A stretch of 64,000 bases of DNA from Octopus sinensis (lineage: Eukaryota), in contig NC_042998.1 of the NCBI RefSeq assembly GCF_006345805.1, positions 122,512,001 to 122,576,000 on the forward strand, written 5' to 3'. Of this stretch, positions 51,290 to 64,000 are shown one piece after another (the stretch's first letter is position 1; the number at the start of each line of letters is the position of its first letter). The notes under the pieces are model-generated. The model worked only from the letters and a program-made list of their open reading frames with translations, was not told the origin of the DNA and did not search any database. Position numbers and translations under genes: made by a program.

Positions 51290-52830
51290 GATAGTGGTCT
51301 CTCAAAATCCTTTAGCGGTGGAAGCGTGGCTAATTCTGAGACATACTCATAAGAGGAAAATGCTCAACTAATTGAAATGGATTGCGGTTATAGCATATTT
51401 TGGGTTAGCAAGCCGACAGATGAGAAACGGAATGGCGACGTTGGTTTGCAATCAAGAAGAATCTAGGTTGTAGGCTAGATGAACTGCCATCTAATTTGAG
51501 TGACCTCTGTTTTCCACTTTCCTGTAGGTGATATGTAACTTTTCGCTGTGTATACGCCAATCTTAAAAGTGTTAGTCTTTCTATGCTACTTGCGACGATA
51601 TCATCCTAGCTGCTGGATTTAATGCTAGTATATAGGTCGGGACAGTAATTCGTAATCTCGCCTGGAGAGCTTCGTTTACCTCAAAAAGAATAACAGTGGT
51701 CTTCGTGTATTACAACTGAGCTTCGAAGTTGTGTGACGGGCAATGAACAGTTCGATCATAAATGCAAGCAAAAAATTACGTGAAAGATAATCCTCAGTTG
51801 AGTGAAAGTCATCTTGTTGACTTTCTCATAATATGCAATCATAACATTTGTAATATGTAGCGTTAAGGTTTTGCGTGGAGCAACATGCAGTACATCTGAC
51901 TACATAATGCTTGGTATTACGTGTTGAACAGATCTCTATCTAATATGCTTACAACAATATCACAAAAGTTCCGAAACGGTCGAATGTTGATAAATTCCGA
52001 GACTCTGTCCTGTAATATCTGCACCCTTTTGTAAAACTCTAACAAACACATCACCTGATACTTCATGGTCAGACTTCAAGCAAAACAATTTATGTACTGA
52101 TTTATGACTGGCAAGCACAAAGATTAGTTCGATGAAAATTAGTTCTGAAATATCCGAGCCTCAGGTATATCTGATGCCAGCATAAATTACACAATAAATT
52201 GCTCAATCCTAATTTATTTCAAAAGCAACATTTGAAGATAGAAAAATTATTTAAGTGCCATAAATCATTGCGGGGAGAATTAAGAAGAATAAAGATCGCA
52301 ATATGGAAACTCCTTTAATCTGATTCGTCTCAAATATAAATCAAAGACCTTGCTAGCGAATTGTTGTATTGTGACGATTGTGTTCTTGTGGTTAACTGGG
52401 AACAAGGTTTTTAGAAAATAAAGAAACATCACTCAAAAGCCTTCACCAGTGTCTGATGTGTACATTAAGCATCAGTTGGAAATATTTTACATCTGAAAAA
52501 GACAAACTATCTCACTAAGGAAGTTTGCCTCAGCAAGTACATATGAGATAGTTTGGTGATGTTATCCGCCTTGATGATTTCAGGCGTCCAGAGCCCGAAT
52601 TAGTTCTCTGTAATCATTCGCATCACTCCCCCACCTCACACAAGACGATTCAAAAACATTTAAGTCACATTTATTGTGAACATTGAGCACAGAACAAAAG
52701 AGAACACAAACCCCCAGAACTGCGCATGTTGAAGCTCTGTGTGGTGGGGGAATCTAGTGATAAAATCCCCTGCGCAGCCTGTGGTCGCATTATATTTCCA
52801 AAAGCTGGGTCTGACATCCCAGAAACTGAC
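51290..52830 (+). mobile_element. Heavily decayed RTE-like LINE (EN, deleted RT, C-terminal zinc motif)
   Basis: LIEMDCGYSIFWVSKPTDEKR, GA..TDYIML, KHKD.FDEN, LLYCDDCVLV (YADD-like), FGDVIRLDD and CAACGRII. Confidence 0.65.
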
Positions 52831-53639
52831 ATATCAGGAGACCACCAACATGGTACTTATATGCTTGTGGATCCAACAGCAAAAGTGGAACTGTTCTGTT
52901 ATTTGTGTTCAAAGGTTTGTTAATCTACAGCCAAACAGAAAATCCATTTTCGAAGTATGCACCAGGGCTGAGCAGCTGCTGATGTGATTCGTTAGAAAAC
53001 TATATTCTATATCTATAACAGAAAATTTAAAACAAAATCAGAGTTAGGTAAACATATGAGGATCCATGGCAGACATGTTATCACAATTACTTCAGGCGTA
53101 TCTGCAATGAGAATATTTTAATACTGGAAACCAGGATGACCACCATCTGGCCAGCTTTATGCCGTGTATGGGTTTTTCCATCTTTTACCTTTATATATAT
53201 GAAAGAAAAAGAGATGATACAGGGAAAACTATGGTTGTGTTATGAACTTCATTAGCTTACAACAATGGCTAAGCGAAATACATATATACATACATACGTA
53301 CACACACAAGCACCCGCGTACACATACGCACATACACACACATGTATGTACTTATGTATACACGTTATGTCAGATCACTGTTAGTGATCCTGGTAACATG
53401 TAACCCAGTACAATCTGTTGCATTGTTGTGCTGCCGCCGACTAAACCGGCAACCTTAGGGTGGATGAACTCTGTTGAGTCAACGGTCATCCAACAGTTAA
53501 AACCACCGGCACTGAGAAGCTTCTAGCTGTTGTCACAGCATCCATTTAGGTGAGGAACACTCTGATGTAAAAACCTTTGCTTCCAAGTGATTACTTATCT
53601 TGCTTCGGCCTGTTACTAGGTACTAATGACGGAAACTCA

Positions 53640-54480
53640 GAGACTTGTGTTATACAAGCGTTTATCACTATAATCCGGTGACATACATATGTGCCTTTAT
53701 GGTGAATTTATCTGTCATTCCATCATGGCAGTGGAAGAATGGTGACCTTCGCAGATCTAACCAGTTGAAAGTACACACAAATCACAATGTAGGCTGCGTG
53801 GGAGGGACCAAAATCAGTCGAGGGGTTGCAATGTTCAGCTGTCATTTATACTTCAAACCATGCGAAACTGCAACTGTATTTAACTGTCATCTGGTGTGTT
53901 ATGGGTGGTAAGTCAAAAATACCATTGACAACGAAGTATAAAGCAGCAATGATTAGGACAAATCAGTGTACAATTATATTTAGCAGGTTTGTGTACGTTT
54001 AAACGTTGAAGGAATTTCGCTACAGAAACAGCCTCAAGAGGGTAATTCATCCTTAAAGATAATGTGTGTGGAAACACACCGTGCTGGACTACGAAGGACG
54101 TAATCGAACTGGGAAACACGCATTTGTGTATCGTTTTGTTTCGTTAGCTACAGCCACCGAATCTGTTATTCACAGCCCACTAGAAACTGTGGTTACAGCT
54201 TTTGTACAATTGGATTCAATATGGTTGCTGTTACGTTTGAGAAACTGTAAGTTAAGAACAACAAAAGAAATAAAAAAACACAGACAGGCATGGAATTCCA
54301 AAAGTTTGAGATGTAGGAGTTGGCAGTGGTTAGTGCCGGATTTATGAAACAGATAATATGGCTGCCAGAAGGAAAAGAGACTATGTGAGTGGAGATGCTT
54401 GAGTGGAGGTGAAATGAGATTAGTTAACACTGGGGGCCAAGGAACACTGTAACTGCAGTAGGAAAAAGTTACGCGTCAGA
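53640..54480 (+). mobile_element. Possible ancient RTE-type endonuclease remnant
   Basis: Weak peptide resemblance only (SWQWKN..VGCVGG), in a stretch of elevated GC. Confidence 0.3.
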
Positions 54481-54563
54481 ACGATTGTAGGAGAGATGTT
54501 GGTTTGTGTGGCTTGATATGCAACACCATGTCAATCAAGTATCTGTTGTGTGTGTGTGTGTTT

Positions 54564-54622
<59 letters not shown>

Positions 54623-54640
54623 CGCGTATATATTGTACAT

Positions 54641-54870
54641 AAGGCGGCGAGCTGGCAGAAACGTTAGCACGCCGGGCGAAATGCTTAGCGGTATTTCGTC
54701 TGCGTTACGTTGTGAGTTCAAATTCCGCCGAGGTCGACTTTGCCTTTCATCCTTTCGGGGTCGATAAATTAAGTACCAGCTACGCACTGGGGTCGATGTA
54801 ATCGACTTAATACCTATGTCTGTCCTTGTTTGTCCCCTCTGTGTTTAGCCCCTTGTGGGTAATAAAGACA
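54641..54870 (+). mobile_element. Single full-length young SINE copy (about 230 bp)
   Basis: AAGGCGGCGAGCTGGCAGAAACGTTAGC (A box), GAGTTCAAATTCC (B box), central core, tail AGCCCCTTGTGGGTAATAAAGA. Confidence 0.92.
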
Positions 54871-55899
54871 TACGTATATATTGTACAATTCTAGATCTGA
54901 AAGCAATATTTCTTTGTGGTTCTCACTTGTAATTTATAGAGATTTAGAAATCTTTTAAGAGTGAAATACCTTCTGACTATAAAGAAGAACGCCGGCTTTT
55001 GGGAGGCAGTTGTGAACACGAGATCACACCAGCAGAGGTCATTACCATTAATAATTGTGAGGTCTGCATTTGTAGACTATCAAGAATTAACAGGAAAGTA
55101 GACCATGGGGATTTAAAGCCCCAAAATTTAAAGACACACCTAAGTAATGCATAATCTTTTATTCAACTTTCCACTTCCCTAAGCACAAACATAAATATTG
55201 ATACCGAGGCATTCTGTATATTTTACCTATTAAAAATAAGGCTAATATTTTCAGTTTTAACTATTATACTAAAGTAGCACAAGACCTAATTTTGAAGAGG
55301 AAGATTAATATTGATTAACATAATACTTCTGTTAAACCTAAGCAACAAACAGCAAAATCAGTCTTGGTCTTCTTTGAACTCAAAATGTTAAGAAACAAAG
55401 AAAGAAAAAAAAGCAAAATCTTTAATCGTTACTGTAAGAATCTCTGTCGATTCATCACCCTTCAACTAAATATATTTTAAAAGTTACGTATTTTTATTAT
55501 TATACTTCTTAAGTGAAAGAGCTAAAATGATGAATTGGGCAATGCAAAAATAACTACAAGATACCAATAAAAATATCGATGGAACAAATTTACATTTGTT
55601 TTACAATTTATAAAAATTTACAACTTTTACAAAATTAAAATTCTCACTTTAGTTTTAAATGAAAGAAAGAAAATAATTATGGAAAAATGTCACATTTCAC
55701 TGTATTACATTCTAAATGATAAAAGCTTCATTTCTATTTCCACCGATTCCTAGTGGCGCCATTCTTTATTAAGAAATATTTTGTTTCTGACTTCATCGAG
55801 CTATTGATCTTTGTTATGAAATTCTAAATTCTTTTCAAACACTGCAATGCCTGATATATGTATAAACACACATACACACACATACACACACGCACACAC

Positions 55900-55956
<57 letters not shown>

Positions 55957-55995
55957 GCGCACATACACATACACACGTGCGCACATAAACACACG

Positions 55996-56052
<57 letters not shown>

Positions 56053-56055
<3 letters not shown>

Positions 56056-56211
56056 CGATCCCTGCTGTGCTCTTTCGCCACAACTTCCTCTCACTCTTTC
56101 TTCTATTGGCTAAGCGAGATGGCGTCATTTGAAGGCTAAAACAATGCGAAGCGCATTGTGACCAGCGATGTGTTGCAACATCTGATAGCCTGGTCGGTCG
56201 CGGTGATCGCG

Positions 56212-56215
<4 letters not shown>
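56053..56215 (-). repeat. Interspersed repeat of unknown class inside (TA)n; related partial copy at 46978-47027 (+)
   Basis: caccgcgatcaccgcgaccgaccaggctatcagatgttgcaacacatcg vs accacgtgatcacgtgatcgaccagactataggatgttgttatacatcg. Confidence 0.65.
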
Positions 56216-56282
<67 letters not shown>

Positions 56283-56400
56283 ACATATATATACGCACAT
56301 AATATACTGTCCCGTGATGGTAATATCAGCAAAGAAAGTACTCCATCTGGTAAGAGACAAATATTATGTAATAAGCACAATAAATGTTTCTATGTGCCAC

Positions 56401-57559
56401 TTTTAGTTTCATGCGATGAAACTAAAAAGTATATTTTAACACGCCTGGTGTTTCAGTGCCACGCGGCATAACAAGTTGAAAATAGGACAATAAAAGTGGG
56501 GGAATTAGAATTATTTTCCCTTTAACCGGAAAATATAAGACTGAAAACATAGTGGCCTGGTGTCTATTGTACAGCTGCAAAAGAAGAGAGGGTGGTACTT
56601 TCCAATTTATCAACAGGAACTTAGCTTACAACCGCTGAAAATATCGGATCTAGAATTCAGCAGATTGATAGATCTGAAAAGTATCTGAGTACTTTCAGCT
56701 ACGGAGCGCTTACATTTTTTGATCTGTTGACATATGGTGAGGATATTTCGACTACTTTCCGCTTTATCATGTATGGTGTGACGTTCGACTTGAAACCCCA
56801 TATGTGGCTAGCCAACTTAGTAGCTTTACTTTTGTTCCTGTGTCGGAAGGAAGATATGTGGTTAGTATAGCGATGTTTGAAGTCGCCAGCACTTAGTCCC
56901 ATATAGTTCTAACTATCGGTTGTGTTATCCTTTAGCGTTGCTGTAACTTCTGCCTTATATATGACGGATTTAATCATACATCTTTGGTCGAGTGGACATG
57001 TTACTGCATTTCGACAGTTACAACTAGGAGTAAGCTCTTGGTGTTGCTATCGTGTAATGATGCTTTTCACATTGGAGAGCAGCTATATGATAATTTCAGT
57101 GAGCGTCTGTTAAATATTTTCCTGTACCTGTGATTTTCTGGAAAATGTTTGTCTAGGAGAGACTGGAATCTTTTACCTATGTTAGTTTTTACATGAAGGG
57201 AAAGGGAGTGGATAGCGAACCAAATTTTTCCCTAGGTCTATTATTTTTATTATTCCTCTTAATATTACAGGGGTTATATATTAATTTGTTTTTAAAACCA
57301 CTATTGGCTTGGGCATTGTTGTAGTACAGGGCTGTCTTCTCGAAAATTTCTTTAGAGGAAGAGAAGTTAGATACTCTGTTACTTATGTTAGCTAAGAGGT
57401 ATTTAAATACTACATAGGATCGACAAGGCTATTTATGTATATAGTAAAGTTTCTCGTTGGGCTTATGGTAAATTTTATAAGAGGAGGTGTTTAGGTCTAG
57501 GGAAACATCTAAAATATAAACTAAGATTGCGCTGAGACACCAGGTGTGTTAAAAATACT
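56401..57559 (-). mobile_element. Penelope-like element remnant: RT C-terminus + GIY-YIG endonuclease, with inverted terminal segment
   Basis: ILDVSLDLNTSSYKIYHKPN, KEIFEKTALYYNNA, CNCRNAVTCPLDQRCMIKSVIYKAEV and MGLSAGDFKHRYTNHISSFRH..LASHIW. 56428-56456 is inverted at 57532-57559. Confidence 0.85.
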
Positions 57560-57625
57560 GTTTGGATTATTTTATTTGCATGAAACTAACAGTAGCACAT
57601 AAAAATATATTGTGTTTATCATTTA

Positions 57626-57656
<31 letters not shown>

Positions 57657-57665
57657 TATAATATA

Positions 57666-57757
<92 letters not shown>

Positions 57758-57805
57758 CTTACATACATACACATATACATACACACACATATATAAACAT
57801 ACATA

Positions 57806-58045
57806 TACATTGGGTCATCCCATAAATAATGAGTTCTTCTTTATACTTTTATTTTTCAAAATTGAGATAGATAAGGTTTTAAATTTTTAAATCTAAAATA
57901 TACTCTCCTTCATTTTCTACAATTCTCTTCCATCTATCTGGTAGACTTGCAAGGCCTCTCTTCCAAAATTCCCCTGTCCGTAGCGAAAAATACTACTGTT
58001 CTCACCTCATCTACAGAACTCAATGGACATGTCTGACATGTTTAC
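57806..58045 (-). mobile_element. Mariner remnant: transposase C-terminus + one terminal repeat
   Basis: FWKRGLASLPDRWKRIVENEGEYILD. End reads TA|CATTGGGTCATCCCATAAATAATG. Confidence 0.8.
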
Positions 58046-58271
58046 ACAAAGCCCGTACTAAATATAATCCAGGCTAAACTACTTACCCTTCGCCCACACA
58101 CTTACCAACATCAGAATCTCATTTGTTGTTACCGTCTTTTCGCAGCAATTTGCATCTTCTATTGAATGTTGACATGCTCCTCCAGTATGATAGGAAATGT
58201 TGGAATATCAAAAATAATTAAAATAAAACCAACAGTAGCAACGGTGACAGTAAAATATAGAAAGTATTTGG

Positions 58272-58349
<78 letters not shown>

Positions 58350-58350
58350 C

Positions 58351-58480
58351 GGTTCGAGATAAACTCTACAGGCACGGATAGGTTTCTTCAAGGTGTGCGC
58401 AGAGTGACGAAACCGTTCTGCGCATATTCGTTTAGGGTCCGGGCATTGCTGACTTGTGGGCTTATGTTGAGCGTCTGCTA
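58351..58480 (+). mobile_element. Short Tx1-like LINE fragment
   Basis: VRDKLYRHG..CAQSDETVL..DLWAYVE, matching 32725-32860. Confidence 0.8.
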
Positions 58481-58831
58481 AGCACGCCGGGCGAAATGCT
58501 TAGCGGTATTTCGGCTGCCGCTACGTTCTGAGTTCAAATTCCGCCCAGGTCGACTTTACCTTTCATCCTTTCGGGGACGATAAATTAAGGACCAGTTACG
58601 CACTGGGGTCGATGTAATCGACTTAATCCGTTTGTCTGTCCTTGTTTGTCCTCTCTGTGTTTAGCCCCCTGTGGGTAGTAAAGAAATAAGTATTTCGCCC
58701 GTCGCTACGTTCTGAGTTAAAATTCCGCCGAGGTCGTCTTTGCGTTTCATCCTTTCGAAGACGGTAAAATAAGTACCAGTCGAACACTGGGGCGGATGTA
58801 ATCGACTCATCCCTCCGCTAAAACTGCTGCC
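58481..58831 (+). mobile_element. SINE dimer (5'-clipped)
   Basis: Junction aaagaaataa|gtatttcgcc near 58690. Confidence 0.85.
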
Positions 58832-58918
58832 CTCCTCCTCCCCCCTCCCTCCTCCTCCTCCTCCTCCTCCTCCTTCTTCTTCTTCTTCTTCTTCTTCTTC
58901 TTCTTCTTCTTCTTCTTC

Positions 58919-59320
58919 ATTTCTTTATTGCCAACAGTGGCTAAACTTAGAGGCGATAGACAAAGGGATTCAATCGATTACATCGACCCCAGTGTGTAAC
59001 TAGTCCTTAATTTATCGACCTCGAAAGGATGAAAGGCAAAGTCGACCTGGGCGGAATTTAAACTCAGAACGTAACGGCAGATGGAATACCTATTTCTTTA
59101 TTAACCAAAAGGGGCTAAACACAGAGGGGACAAACAAGAACAGACATAGGTATTAAGTCGATTACATCGACCCCAGTGCGTAACTGGTATTTAATTTATC
59201 GACCCCAAAAGGATGAAAGGCAAAGTAGACCTCGGCGGAATTCGAACTCACAACGTAACGCAGATGAAATACCGCTAAGCATTTCGCCCGGCGCACTAAC
59301 GATTCTGCCAGCTCGCCGCC
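58919..59320 (-). mobile_element. SINE dimer, inverted relative to 58481-58831
   Basis: Head at 59240-59320; junction near 59090; tail runs into (GAA)n. Confidence 0.88.
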
Positions 59321-59328
59321 CTATTATG

Positions 59329-60122
59329 CCGATGGATAATTTCCAGAGGTCTCTCGCCTGGCAGTGCTACCGAGGGGCTCTGCCTGTTCGAGATAAACTC
59401 TACCGGCACGGAAGTGCCGTCAGCCGGGCCTGCCCGAGGTGTTGCCAGGACGACGAAACCGTCCTGCATGCACTCGTCCAGTGCCCGAGTATTGCTGAAA
59501 TATGTGTTTATGTCGAACAGCTACTGTCACGTATAGGACGGATCCGACTATCGGCCGAATCCATAGTGAAGATTGCCCCGCCGACCTCCTTTAACAAGGA
59601 GGGCGAGGCCGTTTTCTTGTGCCTAGTGGCTGTGGCGAAAGAGGTCGTGTGGTGGACTCGTTTGAAAGGGCTAAAGACAGACACTTTCCTCTTTGGTCAA
59701 GGCCTCGTCAACTTTTTCAAGTTTCACTTGAAAAGGAAGATGAGGTTAGAGAGGAAAGTGCTGTCCGATAGCAAGTTTTATGAAAGGGGGTGAATTGTGC
59801 GAGACTGGCCTGTATAAATGGACCAGTTCTCAGGTTTCGCCTGTGTGATTTCAAAGAAAAAGGTAATGAAAAAGGAGAGAAGAAAGGGGACTTTCTACAC
59901 CCCCTTTTTTGACCAGGCTCCCGTTGGCTTTGTAGGGTTTTTTCCACCAGGAACCTTTCGAAACGTCCCCCTTTTGGGAGTTTTTCATGTTGAATTTTAT
60001 AAGTTGTTATAAAGATTTTTACTCGATGTTTAAAAAAAACGGCAAAACCCTTTGTAACCTTTCGTCCTGTCTTGTCCCTTTATGTAATCATGCGTGTCAG
60101 CCTTGTGGCCAATAAAAAAAAG
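59329..60122 (+). mobile_element. 5'-truncated Tx1-like LINE (zf-RVT C-terminus + 3' UTR)
   Basis: PMDNFQRSLAWQCYRGALPVRDKLYRHG..CPRCCQDDETVLHALVQC..KFHLKRK. Ends CAGCCTTGTGGCCAATAAAA. Confidence 0.9.
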
Positions 60123-60489
60123 AATTGAGATTATTATTATTGTTGTTGTTGTTGTTGTTGGTATTATTATTATTATTGCAGAAAAACATTTACATGCTAA
60201 TTTAATTAGCAGGTGTGTTATCCTTTGTTTTAGGAAAATATATCTCCTGAAAACTATTAGGATAATTCAAAATATAGGGTGGCCTTTATCTACAGGCCGA
60301 CAACACGTACCTCATATGTTCCATCCTCTTTGATAGCAATTTTGGTTGCGGGATGAGTATACCAATTGCAATTTTCATCCTTGTGTCAAACAATCTCTTC
60401 ATCTCTCCAACTAGATCTTGATATTTTAAAAATTATCTCAATTTCCACTTTTATGATATTTATATGAATATAGCAATGTAAAGATTTCT

Positions 60490-61230
60490 AGCGACATGTT
60501 TGGAAGAACAACTGGGACAGCAACAACACTCAAATACACGTGCTTTTGCCTAAGTGAGGATATTGTAATTATCGTTAATAGCAATGGAAGAAATTTTGTC
60601 AACATCATTCACTCGGAGCTGGAAGCGTGATAGCTGTGTGTCAGGAAATGCTGTGTCTCCGTGGCTGTGGAATTTATCAAAGATAATGGAAAGAAATGTG
60701 AAAAGTTATATACCCACCCATCAAAAATGGAAAGCTTTCAATATGCTTTTAAAAAGACAATTTCAGGAAGTCATGTCCGGTGGGTGCGGGATTACACACC
60801 TGTTCTATTTCAAATAACTTTTAAATGGGCAATTAAGGATAACTCCCAGAAATCTCTTGCCTGTTAGTGCTACTCGGAATTATTACAAGTTCGAGATAAA
60901 TTGTACTGGTAGAAAAATGCTGTCATCTAGGTCTGTTTGAAATGTGAGCAGAACGGTGAAGTACTTCTGCATTCGTTCATTGTCAAAGCATTGAATTATG
61001 GGGCTTTATCGAACAACAGTCACGTGTAGAAAGAACAGATGCAGCTGTCAGTTGAGTTCATCTTGAAGATCACACCGCCTCCTTTGCTGGTAAAGGCAGG
61101 CAGGTTTCCTGTGAGATGCACATGGCTGAAAAGGCTAAGAGCGAAGGCTTTCCTATTCGACCAAACCTCCATCAACGTTTTCAAGTTTCACTTCGAGAGA
61201 AAAGCATTGAAAAGCGGGTGATAGTATGCC
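60490..61230 (+). mobile_element. Older, highly diverged Tx1-like LINE fragment
   Basis: DNSQKSLAC*CY..VRDKLYW..CLKCEQNGEVLLH and FKFHFERK. Confidence 0.7.
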
Positions 61231-61239
61231 GCCTCTCAA

Positions 61240-61620
61240 GCATGCATGTTTAAGCCAAGAGAAAGAAGGCATATATTCTTGGTTGTCAGAGTATTATGGA
61301 TTTTTGAGACTACTTCATTGGGTTTTGGTAGACACCCATTTTTCTGGGGACTGCATCGCCTTTTCATACCAGGTATATTAAAGCTTTCAATTATCTCTCT
61401 ATTAATGTAAGCTATCACACATTTTGTAATCTGTTTCTGCAGTAGTAAAGAAAATATTGTAATAGGCATGCGAAAGTAGTATTGTGAGTAAATAAGCATT
61501 TTGACCAGTTCAAATGTTTGGAACATATTTGAGCCGTACAAAGGTCATATTCACTGCTATCAGCCGTTAGGAATACTTCTCGCTTTAGACATATTGTTAT
61601 TACTATTAATGCCATGATTT
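61240..61620 (-). mobile_element. Possible second, older Penelope-like RT remnant
   Basis: ITICLKREVFL and NREIIESFNIP resemble the PLE segment at 57330-57520. Confidence 0.4.
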
Positions 61621-61651
61621 TGATGATGGTGATCATCAGCAGCAACAACAG

Positions 61652-61712
<61 letters not shown>

Positions 61713-63203
61713 GTTGTGGCTGTCGTTTGTAGCTGCTGGTGTTTGTTGCTAGTTCTTTGATTGGCAATTCGTTTTTGTTTAATGCTAAATTTAGGCCAAA
61801 GCAAGATTAACAGTAAAAGACTTTAAAATACACCAAAGAAAATGTCACATAGATTTATTTCTGTTACTTCACGTAATTATAGAATCATTATCGTTTGTTC
61901 AATGTCTGCAGTAGATGTCTAACACCGAAAGTGGTGGCGTCAGAGGGAACATCCCTATGGTTGTGTTAAGTATGTATGTGATGAGTCTCTGTGCGTATAC
62001 ATGGGGATGCATACGCACACACATAAATATATATGCGTATATACAGATACATTTATGAATGCACAGAGAAATCTCACACATATATAATATTCTGAATTTA
62101 TATTTGTGTGTCTAATGAAATTATAAGATTAAGTGTTTATAAAAGCAAAAGCCAATATAAAAATATATTACCATATATATATATATGAATATGTATATAT
62201 GTAGGTTTCTGTATGCATATAATACATACACACACACACACACTCACACACATATTAGGGAAATTGAAGTAAAAGGAAAGCGAGATAGCGAGAGAGGGAT
62301 TGAGGAAGATTTTGAGCTAACTTCAAATTGAAGGCTGCGTAGCTTTGATAAAACATGTAAGCGCGGCGTTCGTGTGTGTGTGTGCGTGCGCATACACATT
62401 ATGTATCTATATATACACATACACCCACATACAATTTAATTTCTAAAATGTACACACGAACGTGGTCGCGTCTACATATATTTCTGTGTCGATATATGCG
62501 TACATGTGAATATTGTTAAAGTATCTTTGTATTACAGAAAGACGTTCAGTAAAATATGGCTTTTGATTCATGCTGTTCAGAATAAGAAAATAAACTTCTA
62601 TAGAATTCTTTCTAAGACGCTGTTGCAATCTGCAATGAAAGCCTTTGCATCCAATTATGATGTAAACACCTTTGATTATGGCTTTATCTTTACAATGCTT
62701 CCCAACCCTTTAAAGCCCTACGCTCTATAAGGCAGTTGCGAGATTTAATGTGAAGTATAGTATAATGGATTAAATATTTCTGAATGCTTGGCTTATGAGT
62801 AACAATGAAACTGAATACGAGAAACAATAGTGAAAGCATGTGTATGAGTATGCCTTTGTTGACTTGGTTGCTGCGTTTTGTTGGTTTTGTTAGGGGTGAA
62901 CACCCTCCCTCAAAACAGTTATCGATGTATCGATGCCTTTGCTTTTCACCTCCTCATATTAAGTTGTTTTAAGGATGCTTTAGGTTGTTATTTCTATAGG
63001 CTCAGTTGAGCAATTGCATAGAATTTCCCTCCTTGACTTGTGTGCACTTCTTATTAGTCATGGCATTGACACTGTAGTTGTTGTCCTTTGTTTCTGTTTC
63101 TGTTTGCGCTTAATCGTTCTGTTCTCTCTCCCTCCTTTGATTAATTCGTACATGTTTATTTTTTTTATTTTGAAGTTGATTGTTTTTATTAATTAATATT
63201 GCT

Positions 63204-63395
63204 AAGGCGGTGAGCTGGATGAATCGTTAACACACCGGAGAAAATGCTTAGCGGCATTTCGTCTGTTTGCTTTCGGAGTTCAAATTCCGCCGAGGTCAAC
63301 TTTCAGAGTCGATGAAATAAGTACTAGTTAAATATGAGATTGATGAAATAGACTAGCCCCCTCCACCAAACTTTGAATCCTATAATAAAAAAGGA
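63204..63395 (+). mobile_element. Diverged SINE copy
   Basis: aaggcggtgagctggatgaatcgtta..ggagttcaaattccgccgaggtc. Confidence 0.75.
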
Positions 63396-64000
63396 AAAAG
63401 ATTAATGGGTAATGCAAGGGAAGTGGGCTCGCCAAATTCTTAGAACACCAGAGAAAATACCTTGCAGTATTCAGCTATAGTACTTTATGTTCTGGTTTCA
63501 AATTCCGTAGAGATTAATTTTGTCATTTAATCCACCAGAGTAGCTAAAATAAAGTATCAGTCGAGTACTAGTCTCTTACCTAGTGCCTATGTTAAAAACA
63601 CTTATTATTGGTGTTGCTAACGCCTTCACCACTTATACTCACCATGAAACTAGCTACATTCGTGTTAGTGTCGCCTTTGCACTCCAAGAAACTCTCGAAA
63701 CACTTCTATTGATGAGAAGTATTTGTTTGCCGATAAGCCACTTCTTGTTTCACAAAGCGTAGTAATTTCCTTGCCACAGAGACTTCACTATCTCTGTTGT
63801 AACAAACTCGCCCTGTCACTAGTGTCTTTGGTATTATGTTAATGCTCAGGAAATGTTGACTTATTCAGTCAGATGCCTAATTAAAACGCGTATATATCTC
63901 TCAAATAGCAAAGATAGTTGATACATTGGCTCCTCTCAGTTCCCAATAAAATTAAGAATAAAAGCATAACGTTCTTAACTTCTGTTGGTTAAATATGAAT

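Noticed and set aside
52726-52987. Cys-containing ORF (CAACGR..CYLCSKVC) as a host zinc-finger exon
   Set aside because: It follows the decayed RTE element collinearly and resembles RTE C-terminal Cys motifs; interrupted by stops.
54641-54730. tRNA-like A/B box heads called as tRNA genes
   Set aside because: They continue into SINE bodies and lack a complete cloverleaf or acceptor stem; treated as SINE heads.
60273-60450. TATAGGGTGGCC as a Tc1-like terminal repeat
   Set aside because: No partner end or transposase motif found.

Overview
AT-rich eukaryotic genomic DNA with very dense microsatellites and transposable elements. The repeat families look like those of coleoid cephalopods (Octopus-like); this is an inference and I could not run a search. 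I could not identify any host protein-coding gene with confidence; there is one candidate exon at 47772-47852. Main contents: (1) a near full-length CR1-clade LINE on the minus strand (about 14898-19300) with a PHD/poly-Q ORF1 and an uninterrupted EN-RT ORF2; (2) a composite of Ty3/Gypsy RNaseH-integrase plus 3' LTR joined to an L1/Tx1-like LINE (26077-33594), bracketed by (TATC)n; (3) decayed RTE, R4/Dong-like, L2-like, Penelope-like, hAT and Tc1/mariner fragments, a non-autonomous Helitron and a MITE-like foldback; (4) many copies of a tRNA-derived SINE, often as head-to-tail multimers. The most interesting signals are: an ATG-less ORF2 overlapping ORF1 at a canonical G_GGA_AAC -1 slippery site; a possible LINE-mediated co-retrotransposition of a Gypsy fragment; a SINE sharing its 3' end with the Tx1-like LINE; retroelements that each sit inside their own microsatellite type; and a type I hammerhead-like motif overlapping a 69-bp inverted repeat. 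Most short ORFs in the supplied track are microsatellite or antisense artefacts.
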